Of a stretch of DNA of 64,000 bases, positions 1 to 10,338 are shown piece by piece (position 1 is the stretch's first letter; each line of letters begins with the position of its first letter). The notes beneath the pieces are model-generated. The model did no database searches. It was not told where the DNA came from and was given only the letters and a program-made list of their open reading frames with translations. Origin of the DNA: a virus; IMG/VR virus record IMGVR_UViG_3300022752_000018, positions 64,001-128,000 of that record; one strand, given 5' to 3'. A program made the translations under genes and the position numbers.

Positions 1-3000
1 GTAAACTCTTTTGACTTGTACCTGCATAGTATGCCTGGCCTGCCCAGTTGCTTTCCATGTTACCACCGTAGGTTAAATCATAGAAGATAGCGTCAAGAAC
101 TAGATCTAGATCTTCATTACATTGTTTTCTATCAAAACTAAAATCTGTAGAGTATATACCAGCTGGATTATTTTGGAATCCTTCTCTGTTTTGACGTTGT
201 TGTTCATCAATCCAATCAATAACTTCGGCCTTTAAGAAATCTCTATTGGCTTCAATTAAGTCACGTGCTTTACGAATACCCAAATCATTAGCGTTATTAT
301 TTCCACCTACTGGCAATGGCAATTGTTTGCTAGGTAAGTTTAATAATCCATTAACTGTAGTTAAGTTTGCTGCTCGTATCACTGATATTAGTAGATCCAT
401 CAATTGTGTAATTCTATTGTATGGACGGCCTCCTGAAGTGATTCCTGGAATCTGACCTTCACCTTTCTGATAAGCAACAAAAGTTGGGTATCTTGCTGGT
501 AATCTTTGTAAGATTGTTTTCAAGAATGTGAACAATAAGGCACTTTGTTCTTTTTGTGGATATACACTATTAGTTGTTGTACCTGTGGCCAGTGCGCTAG
601 CACTTTGCTGTCTCCAATAACTACGAGCAACTGTACTTGTTCTGAAACTTGATCCAAACATTAAGTCATAACGTATTGCATCTAATGTTAGTAACACATC
701 ACGTTCACACTTTTCAATATCATATGTGAACATTTCATAAACTGTGCCTTCACCAGTAGCAGCGGTTGGAGCACCTGTAGCAATAAATGTTGAATCTACA
801 GTAGCAGCAAATGTACCAGTAGAATATGTAGTCCATGATGTTACAGGAGATCCAGGTGATTTAATCTTATATCTGCGACCTGCAACCATATCACTGGCTT
901 TTAGCACTCTTACTACTTTACCATTACCTGTACCTGGTGTATTATTTGCCACAAACTCATCACCCACTGCTGCTGTGTTACCACTAGCACGATGGTTAGC
1001 CCATGTTGTTGTAGTACCAAAATCAGCAATCTTATAGGTCTCGCCCTGTACAATGGATGTTACTGGGATTACTACAAACCAATCTGTCCAAGTTCCGACT
1101 GCAACAATATCATTACTGCTTGGAGCAAGTGAACCAAACTCTCTTAGTGGTCCTGATGCTGGATCTGTAATTGCTACTGGACTAGCATTAAATCTAGCTG
1201 CATCTAGTTGCAATCTTACCCATTCTGTAATTTGACTTTGAATACTGTTCCTACCACTATAGCCAGTATTTGCGTCATCATTAGTCTTCATAAGTTCGAT
1301 CATTGTATTGGCATTTTTCAAATCTTCTTCAACCCATGAAATATCTGGTGTTGAAATATTTTCTTTTGACCAATACGCACTGCCTATAAATGGTGTTTGC
1401 TCTTTATTAGTTTGTTTTGCGACCCAGAAAGTTCCTTCAAATACAACTAAATCACGAGCAACATATGTTGAACTATTTTTCCATGAGCCTTTCCATGTAT
1501 AGCCTGTTCTTACAAAATCTCTAATTACAAATGCTAGATTTTTTGCTGTTTGAGCACCTGCTACACTGCCTGCTTCACCTGTTACTTGTGGGAAAATTAC
1601 TTGAATGTCACTAACATCAATACCTTGAGCAATTAATTCTACATAACCCTTCAACTTTGTGAAAGCACTAATAGTAGCATCAATTTCATCTTGATCTGGT
1701 AATGTAGCGTTTTGACCTGGGGCACTTAAATCACCAGCACGAGTTCCTCTATAATATGCACCACCGGCAATAATACTTTCCATATTACCACCATAGGTCA
1801 TGTCATAATACACTGCATCAAGTATTAGATCTAAGTCTCTCGCACATGTTGACTCTACAAAATCTAAATCTACTAGATTAGGATCTGTTCTTAAGAACTT
1901 TAGAACTTGAGATTTGATAAAGTCTCTATTAGATTCAATTAAGTTTCTAGCAAAACCATACTTAACTGTACCACTTCTTGTTGTATTATAGCCTGTTGGG
2001 CTTGGTAATACATAAGCAGGAATAGCCTTCTCACCCTTGTCAACAATGTTGATCAATAGATCCATTCTATCTTTAACACGCTCTAAGGCTGTAGCATTTG
2101 TACTAACAATAGAACTTAATTTTTCCTTGGCAAACTTAAATGCTTCGATAGTAGCAAACTTCTGTTCACCTACTACTTTACTGGCCACAGCACGGAAATA
2201 TGCACGAGCAGCAGTAATAGTACGGAAGTTACTATTAAACATCATGTCATAACGAACAGCATCAATAATACTTCGTATATCTTCTTGACAATCAGATTGA
2301 TTGTATGTTAAAGCACCTTGGAATCTATCATCAATGTAGTCAGTTACTAATGTTGGAACATTGGGTTGACCATTAGCACCAGTTTTACTATCCACAAGAG
2401 CATCGCTTAGATCAACTAGATCTTGATCTACCCAATCTGTGTCTGCTGGATCTTCTGTTGGATCTGCAACATTATTATCTACACTTGCTATAACAACTTG
2501 AATTAGATCAGCAGCCGCAGCACCAGCAAAAGAATCACCTGCTGAACCTGTCTTATTTTGCTCAATTGTATATAAAGCCACTTTTTCTAATATAGCATCT
2601 CTTAATAGTTCAAATGTAGCAACACTGCCATCTTTTTGACCACTTACTACTAGGTTTACTGTGCCATTACCTGTACCTGCAACTGCGGCTGTGAATGTAT
2701 CACCTACTGCATATGTAACACCAGTTGTACCAGCAGCAATATTCCAATCTGTAAGGCTTCCTGCTGTACCTAAACTAACAATCTTATACTTTTTACCTGC
2801 CACAAAACTACCAGCTGTAACTGGTGTACCAGTAATTACTCTATCACCTGTGCCTAATACATCTGACAATCCACTGAATCCACGATAGTAAGCGTTACCA
2901 GCTAACTGGCTGCGATAGTTGCTGCCAAACATTACATCATAACGTACACTATCAATAACATCATCAATATCTGCTTCACATTGTGTTTTCTGTGCGCCAG

Positions 3001-6000
3001 CATAACCAATATCAAACTTGGTTGTTAGTAATGTATTAACTTCAGCTTTAACAGCGTTTCTGAAACTAGTAAGATTAATAGCATCACTTAGAGCAACTAA
3101 TTTACTATCCACCCAACTTGTGCTTGGTAGGTCTGCGGCTAGTGCTGACGTTGAAACTTTACCATCAATTAGAGGAACAATAACTTCTTTTAATAATGAT
3201 TTAGCTTTGGCAGCAGCAGTACCAGTTGCATCACCTTGTCCAAACTTTTGTACCACTGCATTTTGTTTGGTATTTCTAATAGTTGTGGCCCAACTTTGAC
3301 CTCGTGCTACAACTTCTAGAAGATCACCTAAATAATTGTATGCGGCAATACTTTGATCTAATTCACCTAATAATGAATCTGGAGTATCTGTACCTGCAAC
3401 CTTTACTGTACCATCATAGTAGGCCTTACCTGCAAGATGACTTGCTGTTCTACCACCATAGGTTAAATCATAAAGTACAGCATCAAGCAAGAAGCCAACA
3501 TCTCTTTCACACTTGTCTAAATCGTAATCAAATATTAACTTTAATGTTGTATTATTTGGCCAATCTGTATAAACAGGAGTCGAAGAAGTGCTATTTACAG
3601 TATCATATTTTCCTGCTTTTGTACCATCCTGTGCTCTTAATACACCAGTAAATGTTGTTGATGTTTTACTTGTATAAGTAACAACTTCTGTACCAATTAC
3701 TAGTTTACCTGCCTCTGGGAATCCTTCTGTGCTGGTAACTGTAATAGTAGTTGCCGATGTAGATAATGCACCGTTTAATTGTGTATTAATATTCTTAATA
3801 AATCCTGTTACTTCAGCAACTAGGAAGTTTCTATTACCAGAAATTAACTTCACAGCGTTTAGATAGTCTACATCAGCAGCAGTTCCAGCACCTGAAGTTG
3901 GGGCAGGCATGACAAATGGTCTCTTTGGAGTAAAGTTTGGACCATCTTTCAATAATTTAATGATTAAATCAAAACTGCTGTTAACTCTTTGCTTGGCTTC
4001 AAATTGCTTACTTGTAGGTTTTACATCTTTTAATTGAACTACTTCAGCTAGGACTTCTTTCAATCTTTCATAAGCAGCAACAGTTTGAATGATCTGCTTT
4101 GGAATAATTGATTTTGGTGTAACTGCACCATCAAAGTAACTAATAGCAGCCTGTGTTGTATCAACATTACCACCATATAGTACATCATAGCACAGTGCAT
4201 CAATTAAGAAACCTACGTCACGAGCACATTTATCTCTGTTATAAGCAAAATTAAAGTCAACAAATTCTGTAACACTTGTCTTTAATTTGTTTACTGTTGC
4301 TGTTACGCCTAGTTTATCAAAGAATACTTTAATACCACTATCTGTCCATGAGGTAGATGGGGCTACGGCAGGAGCAAGATCAAGTACAACTGTACCAGTA
4401 CCAGTACCTGCTGTAACAGCCGCTGTGAATATATCACCTACAGCATAAGTCACACCTGATGTTCCAGCAGCAGTATTCCACTGAGCATTTGTAGTACCTG
4501 TTAAATTAGTAATTCTATAATTCTTACCAACAGTTGCGGCACTAATAGTAATACTTGTATCATCAATATAATCAGTAATGATATCAATTAAATTATTGGC
4601 TGGTGTAACACTAGCACTGGTATTATCATCAATAATTGTCTTTAACTGAGCATAAGCAGCAATAGTTAATGCCTTTTCTCCAGTACCTAATGCTAGTCCA
4701 ACGTCACTTGTTTTACCATAATAAGCAGCAGCAGCAATTCTTGTTTCTAAATTACCACCGTATGTTAGGTCATAACGTAGTGCATCTAAGATATATTCGA
4801 CATCACGACGACAAGCATTTTCATCATAACTTGGGTTATTAAAAGTTGCTTTGTTATTATTAATCCAAGTAATTAAACTATTTTCAATAGTTGTACGATT
4901 ATTTTCAATGTCATTACGTAAGTCCCTACGATCAGGAACAAAAGCATTGCCTGTACCACTTGTTGGATCAGTTACTAGGAATGCTGGCTCAACTGCTAGA
5001 CCATTTTCTAGTATACTTAGTATAATATCCATACTACGTGCTACACGTAACTGGCTAGTAGTTTCTGCATTGGTTGGATTACCAGTAATGGCTGGTTTTA
5101 CAATTTCTAACAACTTTTCTTTCAAGTGTTGGAATGAGGCAAGAGTAGCAGATTTTTGATCTTTCACAACTACACTGGCCATTTGTCTGTAATAACTTCT
5201 ACCAGCTACAATACTACGAATATTGCTGTTAAATAACATATCATATTTTACAGCATCAATTACATAACCAACGTCACGAGCACACTTAGCTCTATCATAA
5301 CCAAATAATACATAGTTGTCATCTACAAATTGTACAACTGAATCTTTGATAGATTCCTTATTAGCTTGTAGGCTTCTATGAGCATTCACTAGATTTGGGT
5401 CAACCCATGATAAGTCTGGAGTGCTTGAAATTGTTCTTAATGCTGTAGTTAGATTTTCATCATTAGCATCGTCAATTAATTTAAGAATTAATTTAACGCA
5501 AGTTTCCATATCTAAAGCAGCACTTAAACTACCATCACTACCATTTGGACTACGAACTTGTAAAGTATTATTTCCAACTGTTGGTGTCCACTCTAGGTCT
5601 TGTGCTACTGATACTACTAAGTTTCTCAAATATGAATAAGCTCTTAATGTAGCTGTTACTTCATCACTTTGTGTTCCAGCTAGGTCTAATTGACTTAGTG
5701 TACCTGCAACATAACTTCTACCAGCTATTTCAGACTCTAATGTACCACCATATGTTGTGTCATAGAATAAGGCATCAAGAATATAGTCTAAATCACGACG
5801 ACATTTTGTTAAATCAAATCCTGTTGGTACTGGGAAATCAACAGCTGATTTGATTTTCTCAAAACGCATTCCAGTAGTTTTACCTGTTGAACCACCAAAT
5901 GTTACTAGTTCGCTGCCATCTAAGTTAGCCAACTTAAATTCTGTAGTTCTTGTGATAGAATTTGTTGTTGTATTAGTTGGTGTGCCTACTACTTTATACA

Positions 6001-9000
6001 CTGTTGGATTTGAATATCCATTAATTGTACTTAGGCCAAACATCTTACCACTAACACGAACTAAATCTCCAGCTGCTAATACTACTGGATCTGTCAAATC
6101 TGTATAATTAACAGTAAATGTACCATCTTTACGGTATGTGTTTACTGTTACACCATTTGTTGTTGTTGAGCTCACAAACTTATGTACTACTTCAGCTGTG
6201 ATCAATTGTAAACCAGGTGTATTGATGTATGTAATAACATCATCAATAATAAAGTCTCTGTTCTTTTCAACTAGATCACGAGCACGTTTGTATTCAATAC
6301 TACGTCCTGAAGATGGGAAAGGAATCATAAACTTAGGTACAGCATCCTCACCTTTGTCTAAGATTTCTAAAATAATATCCATATTACGTTGAACACTATT
6401 AACTGCTAGTGAATTTGCCTTAACAAGTTCCACAGCTAATTTTTTCAAGTGCTTGAATGAACCAAGAGTAGCTAATTTTTGGCTACCTGTTACCTTGGCT
6501 GTATTTGCTCTTAGATATGAACGTCCAGCACTAATACTACGGAAGTTACTGACAAACATCAAATCATAACTAAGTGCATCAACAATTAGTCCAACATCAC
6601 GAGCACATTTTTCTTTATCAAATTGATTTAGTGTAAAGTTTGCATCTATATATGATACAACTTCTTCTTTAATAAAATTATAATTCTTACGTAAAATATT
6701 TACGGCTGTATAGCGATCAATATCCTCCTCACTGGTTCTCATTGGTACAGGATATGTGATTGCTCCATTATCTACACCAAAACCAGCAGATTCACTAACA
6801 CTATATCCACTATCTGGACTATAACTTATACCATTTACTTTAGCATTCGTAATAATTTGACCTAAATCATTAACTCTTGCACCATCTAAGATATCAATAA
6901 CAATATCAAATCTTGTACTAATTTCTTCTTTAGCGCTTGGAGCAACAATTCTCTGTAGTGTTATTGCCTTTGCAGCTTTCAAACTGGCTACTGTCTGTAC
7001 TTTTTGTGCGCCGACTACTTCACTGGCGTAGGCACGAAGATAGCTGATAGCAGCAGTAATAGTTTTATAATTACTACCAAAAATCATATCACTTAAGATA
7101 GCATCTAGAATTAATCCTACGTCTCTATAGCATTTTGGCTTGTTAAAACTAAAATTATCAAAAAAGCTATTAGCCATAAACTTAATTGTTTCTGTCTTAA
7201 TATCTTCTTTAGCCGCTAAAACCGCATCACGAATAGCCTTATATGTCGCTGGCTGATAGGTTGTTGTTGGAAATGCTGTTGTAGTTGTACCTAATGTTAG
7301 GTCTGTAGCAGTGTTAACACGAGCAAATTGTGTATCGCCATCACTGATTGTATACCAATTAATATTGATATAGGCCAACATTTCAGCACGGATAAATTCA
7401 CGGTTAGCCATCAACAAATTAAATGCACGAACTTTATTTGTATCTGTGGTTGCTGTTAGCCCAATTGGTTGCTTAAGTCTTTGAATACTATCTTCACTGT
7501 TATTTGGACCTTCTATTAATATCTCATTGATAATATCAATTAAATTACCTACTGCCACAACTTCACTGCCTGTAGCTGCTGGTAGATCGATACGCTGTGG
7601 TACTGCACCTTGCCATGGATTTGGAACTGGGCTACATGTCAATACGTCACGTAATAGTTCTTTCATGTATTTGTAAGCATTTACTGTTTGTTTTATCTGA
7701 TTTGGAAGTACGCTCTTTAATACATTTTTTTCTTCATTAAAGTCGTAATAGAAAATACCGGCAGTTACTGCTTGACGATTACCTCCATGTACTAGATCAA
7801 AGCACACACTATCAATAATAAATCCTATGTCTCTAGCACACTTTACTTTATCATAATCAAATCCAGGATATGCTCTTGATAGATATAATACAACATCATT
7901 TTTAATAAATTCTTTATTAGCCTGTAGTAAAGCATATGCCTTATCTAAACCGTCATCACTTAAACGGCTACCGTTTGGCTGGATAAAATCACTTGTGCCA
8001 ACAATTTCTGTTTCAAGTTGTTTTAAGAATAAACTAAACAAGCCACCTAGTTTGTTTACCTGTGTTTGAGTAGTTGCTACTAGATCAACAGAAGGAGTAC
8101 CTACTGCAAACTTTTGTAATACAGTATTTTGACCGCCTTCGATTGGATCTAAAATTACCACACGCTGAGCTAATAATTGAGCACGTCCAAACGAATCTAT
8201 TGTGGCAGGAACTTCCTCACTGCTCTTTAATTGACTTAGGCCACTAGCATAGTTAAAATATCTTTTAGCTGCGTCTAATGTTTGACTATTACCACCATAT
8301 ACTATATCATAACATATAGCATCAATAGCATAGCCAACATCACGGCCACAAGTTTCTTGGCTATAATTATAGGCTACAATATTTGGTAAATTATTGTTAA
8401 TATAATCAATTACTTCAGCTACAATAAATGGTTTATTTGCTTGTAGATTTTTTACTAGATTAAGCACTGCATCTTCTGTATCTTGTTGACCTGGGAATTT
8501 AATACGATAGTCAGCTATTGCTGCATTAGTATTGGTAGGATCAATAATAGCTTGAATAAATGCCTTACCACCAAGAGCGCTCGCACTTGTGTTATTTGGT
8601 GATAATGCTCTTGTTACGATTTCAAAACTTGATTGTACTCTTGCTAATAGTGTTGCATCTTCTTGTACTATTGGAACAATCTTATCTCTAACAAACTTGT
8701 ATGCTTCGATAGTAGCTGTTTCTTGTCCTTGTGCTACTGTATAAGTATTTGCCACTGCTGTCAAGTACGTAATTGCAGCCTTAATTGTTTTATAATTTGT
8801 ACCAAGAATCATGTCATCTACTACAGCTTCAATAACAAGTGTAATATCACGCTTACATTTGGATGTGACAAAGGCTAAGCTAGAATAATTTTTCTTTAAA
8901 AAGTCAATAGCTTCGTCAGCAATTTGTGCCTTTCTATCTAGTACAGTTTCTCTTAATATTTTATATTCTGGTTCTGCTGCATCAAGATCAGGACCAATTA

Positions 9001-10273
9001 ATAAAGAAGGACTTTTTGGGCCTTCTGTTACTATTCTACTAATAATGTTAAATTCATCAGTAATAATTCTTTTAGCTGTATCACTACCTGCTGGTAAAGA
9101 TGTATTTTGTATAACATTATTTCCGGTACTGGTAAAAGCTTGAGCCTTAACTACAGATCTAGCGGCTATCAGAGCACGTTGGATGGCCGCTGCTGTTTGT
9201 TCTTGCTGTTGTATACCTGTAGTAATATCATCCTTAGCCCAATAACGTAGACCACTGAATGTACTTTGTGTAGTACCTTCATATAATAAGTCAAAGGCTA
9301 AACTATCTACTATAAGGCCATTATCTCTATCACAGGTTTTTTGGTTGTAATCGGCAAAAAGTACACCATCACCAATGTTTGGACGCTTGGCTAAATTCTT
9401 AAATGTGATCTGACGACCAGCTGACTTCTTAACAACACCACGATATAATGGATCACTGGCACCACGACTAACTAGACCGTAGTTACCAAATGAGCTGTTT
9501 GACAAGTTAACTGAACAGAAACCACCGTTCTCACACATAAAGCTGATGTCACAGCAAATTGTAAAGATGGACACCAACTGTGTGTTACCTCTGTTCAACA
9601 TGTGAATACCAATACCACCTTGGTTGTACTGTGTAAACGCATCACAAACCATTGAACGTAGACCAGTTGTCACTGCACCGTCAACACGCATACCTGTACC
9701 AGTAGTTGTAATACTTGTAACAGCCTGTGTGTATGGTGATGTTACGATTTCACCAGCACTTCCGTCTGGTGGGAAACATACCGCAGCACTTGGTGCAATA
9801 TGTCCTTTAAAATTCATACAAAAGATATAAGCGCCATTATATACCCAGAAGATATCCTTGGTTGGGTTCTTTGGACGAACTGTGGTGTTACGCAAGTTGT
9901 CACCAACAACTGACACACGAGCTGGAACACGTAATGGGTTGTCTTCAATATATTCCCCACTCTTTAAGAATATAGTTGTGCCAGGAGTCGCTATGCTCAG
10001 TGCCTTCTTTAGTGTCAAAAAAGCTTGACCTAATGTCTTTCCGCTGTTGCTGTCATCACCATTCTTGGCCACATAAAGTACATTAGGTACTTCAGTTGCG
10101 CCGATCTCGATGATCTTCTGAATAGCAGCGAAACCTTCTGGTTGTTTAATTTCTTGTTTAGTGAAAAGTTTACCATCGGCTGTATTAAGTGCTAACTCGC
10201 CTAGGTCAATGCTATCTAGTGATGGTACTTTGCCAGGTATATCACTACGCTTAAATCTAATATTTGTGCTCAT
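1..10273 (-). CDS. Giant repeat-rich virion fibre/structural protein, >3424 aa, 3' end beyond the window
   Basis: ATG at 10273 with AAGGA SD and a late promoter at 10310-10317. The N-terminus MSTNIRFKRSDIPGKVPSLDSIDLGELALNTADGKLF resembles the T4 gp36/gp37 fibre N-terminal motif. It is followed by NVLYVAKNGDDSNSG (beta-helix start) and 16 CxxD...YD..(Y/F)G repeats. The frame was checked at all 16 repeat Cys codons and at position 4 (all equal 1 mod 3). Absent from the ORF track, presumably because its stop lies outside the window; not every codon was checked for stops. Confidence 0.85.
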   Translation of the reverse strand, partial: MSTNIRFKRSDIPGKVPSLDSIDLGELALNTADGKLFTKQEIKQPEGFAAIQKIIEIGATEVPNVLYVAKNGDDSNSGKTLGQAFLTLKKALSIATPGTTIFLKSGEYIEDNPLRVPARVSVVGDNLRNTTVRPKNPTKDIFWVYNGAYIFCMNFKGHIAPSAAVCFPPDGSAGEIVTSPYTQAVTSITTTGTGMRVDGAVTTGLRSMVCDAFTQYNQGGIGIHMLNRGNTQLVSIFTICCDISFMCENGGFCSVNLSNSSFGNYGLVSRGASDPLYRGVVKKSAGRQITFKNLAKRPNIGDGVLFADYNQKTCDRDNGLIVDSLAFDLLYEGTTQSTFSGLRYWAKDDITTGIQQQEQTAAAIQRALIAARSVVKAQAFTSTGNNVIQNTSLPAGSDTAKRIITDEFNIISRIVTEGPKSPSLLIGPDLDAAEPEYKILRETVLDRKAQIADEAIDFLKKNYSSLAFVTSKCKRDITLVIEAVVDDMILGTNYKTIKAAITYLTAVANTYTVAQGQETATIEAYKFVRDKIVPIVQEDATLLARVQSSFEIVTRALSPNNTSASALGGKAFIQAIIDPTNTNAAIADYRIKFPGQQDTEDAVLNLVKNLQANKPFIVAEVIDYINNNLPNIVAYNYSQETCGRDVGYAIDAICYDIVYGGNSQTLDAAKRYFNYASGLSQLKSSEEVPATIDSFGRAQLLAQRVVILDPIEGGQNTVLQKFAVGTPSVDLVATTQTQVNKLGGLFSLFLKQLETEIVGTSDFIQPNGSRLSDDGLDKAYALLQANKEFIKNDVVLYLSRAYPGFDYDKVKCARDIGFIIDSVCFDLVHGGNRQAVTAGIFYYDFNEEKNVLKSVLPNQIKQTVNAYKYMKELLRDVLTCSPVPNPWQGAVPQRIDLPAATGSEVVAVGNLIDIINEILIEGPNNSEDSIQRLKQPIGLTATTDTNKVRAFNLLMANREFIRAEMLAYININWYTISDGDTQFARVNTATDLTLGTTTTAFPTTTYQPATYKAIRDAVLAAKEDIKTETIKFMANSFFDNFSFNKPKCYRDVGLILDAILSDMIFGSNYKTITAAISYLRAYASEVVGAQKVQTVASLKAAKAITLQRIVAPSAKEEISTRFDIVIDILDGARVNDLGQIITNAKVNGISYSPDSGYSVSESAGFGVDNGAITYPVPMRTSEEDIDRYTAVNILRKNYNFIKEEVVSYIDANFTLNQFDKEKCARDVGLIVDALSYDLMFVSNFRSISAGRSYLRANTAKVTGSQKLATLGSFKHLKKLAVELVKANSLAVNSVQRNMDIILEILDKGEDAVPKFMIPFPSSGRSIEYKRARDLVEKNRDFIIDDVITYINTPGLQLITAEVVHKFVSSTTTNGVTVNTYRKDGTFTVNYTDLTDPVVLAAGDLVRVSGKMFGLSTINGYSNPTVYKVVGTPTNTTTNSITRTTEFKLANLDGSELVTFGGSTGKTTGMRFEKIKSAVDFPVPTGFDLTKCRRDLDYILDALFYDTTYGGTLESEIAGRSYVAGTLSQLDLAGTQSDEVTATLRAYSYLRNLVVSVAQDLEWTPTVGNNTLQVRSPNGSDGSLSAALDMETCVKLILKLIDDANDENLTTALRTISSTPDLSWVDPNLVNAHRSLQANKESIKDSVVQFVDDNYVLFGYDRAKCARDVGYVIDAVKYDMLFNSNIRSIVAGRSYYRQMASVVVKDQKSATLASFQHLKEKLLEIVKPAITGNPTNAETTSQLRVARSMDIILSILENGLAVEPAFLVTDPTSGTGNAFVPDRRDLRNDIENNRTTIENSLITWINNNKATFNNPSYDENACRRDVEYILDALRYDLTYGGNLETRIAAAAYYGKTSDVGLALGTGEKALTIAAYAQLKTIIDDNTSASVTPANNLIDIITDYIDDTSITISAATVGKNYRITNLTGTTNAQWNTAAGTSGVTYAVGDIFTAAVTAGTGTGTVVLDLAPAVAPSTSWTDSGIKVFFDKLGVTATVNKLKTSVTEFVDFNFAYNRDKCARDVGFLIDALCYDVLYGGNVDTTQAAISYFDGAVTPKSIIPKQIIQTVAAYERLKEVLAEVVQLKDVKPTSKQFEAKQRVNSSFDLIIKLLKDGPNFTPKRPFVMPAPTSGAGTAADVDYLNAVKLISGNRNFLVAEVTGFIKNINTQLNGALSTSATTITVTSTEGFPEAGKLVIGTEVVTYTSKTSTTFTGVLRAQDGTKAGKYDTVNSTSSTPVYTDWPNNTTLKLIFDYDLDKCERDVGFLLDAVLYDLTYGGRTASHLAGKAYYDGTVKVAGTDTPDSLLGELDQSIAAYNYLGDLLEVVARGQSWATTIRNTKQNAVVQKFGQGDATGTAAAKAKSLLKEVIVPLIDGKVSTSALAADLPSTSWVDSKLVALSDAINLTSFRNAVKAEVNTLLTTKFDIGYAGAQKTQCEADIDDVIDSVRYDVMFGSNYRSQLAGNAYYRGFSGLSDVLGTGDRVITGTPVTAGSFVAGKKYKIVSLGTAGSLTDWNIAAGTTGVTYAVGDTFTAAVAGTGNGTVNLVVSGQKDGSVATFELLRDAILEKVALYTIEQNKTGSAGDSFAGAAAADLIQVVIASVDNNVADPTEDPADTDWVDQDLVDLSDALVDSKTGANGQPNVPTLVTDYIDDRFQGALTYNQSDCQEDIRSIIDAVRYDMMFNSNFRTITAARAYFRAVASKVVGEQKFATIEAFKFAKEKLSSIVSTNATALERVKDRMDLLINIVDKGEKAIPAYVLPSPTGYNTTRSGTVKYGFARNLIESNRDFIKSQVLKFLRTDPNLVDLDFVESTCARDLDLILDAVYYDMTYGGNMESIIAGGAYYRGTRAGDLSAPGQNATLPDQDEIDATISAFTKLKGYVELIAQGIDVSDIQVIFPQVTGEAGSVAGAQTAKNLAFVIRDFVRTGYTWKGSWKNSSTYVARDLVVFEGTFWVAKQTNKEQTPFIGSAYWSKENISTPDISWVEEDLKNANTMIELMKTNDDANTGYSGRNSIQSQITEWVRLQLDAARFNASPVAITDPASGPLREFGSLAPSSNDIVAVGTWTDWFVVIPVTSIVQGETYKIADFGTTTTWANHRASGNTAAVGDEFVANNTPGTGNGKVVRVLKASDMVAGRRYKIKSPGSPVTSWTTYSTGTFAATVDSTFIATGAPTAATGEGTVYEMFTYDIEKCERDVLLTLDAIRYDLMFGSSFRTSTVARSYWRQQSASALATGTTTNSVYPQKEQSALLFTFLKTILQRLPARYPTFVAYQKGEGQIPGITSGGRPYNRITQLMDLLISVIRAANLTTVNGLLNLPSKQLPLPVGGNNNANDLGIRKARDLIEANRDFLKAEVIDWIDEQQRQNREGFQNNPAGIYSTDFSFDRKQCNEDLDLVLDAIFYDLTYGGNMESNWAGQAYYAGTSQKSL

Positions 10274-10309
10274 TTATATTCCTTTTTTGAATAAAGATTC
10301 ATACTTCAA

Positions 10310-10317
10310 TATTTACC
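10310..10317 (-). promoter_or_regulatory. T4-type late promoter (GGTAAATA)
   Basis: TAAATA core ~37 nt upstream of the giant fibre ATG; gp55 is present in the window. Confidence 0.6.
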
Positions 10318-10338
10318 AAAATCGCTTAAAATACGCTT

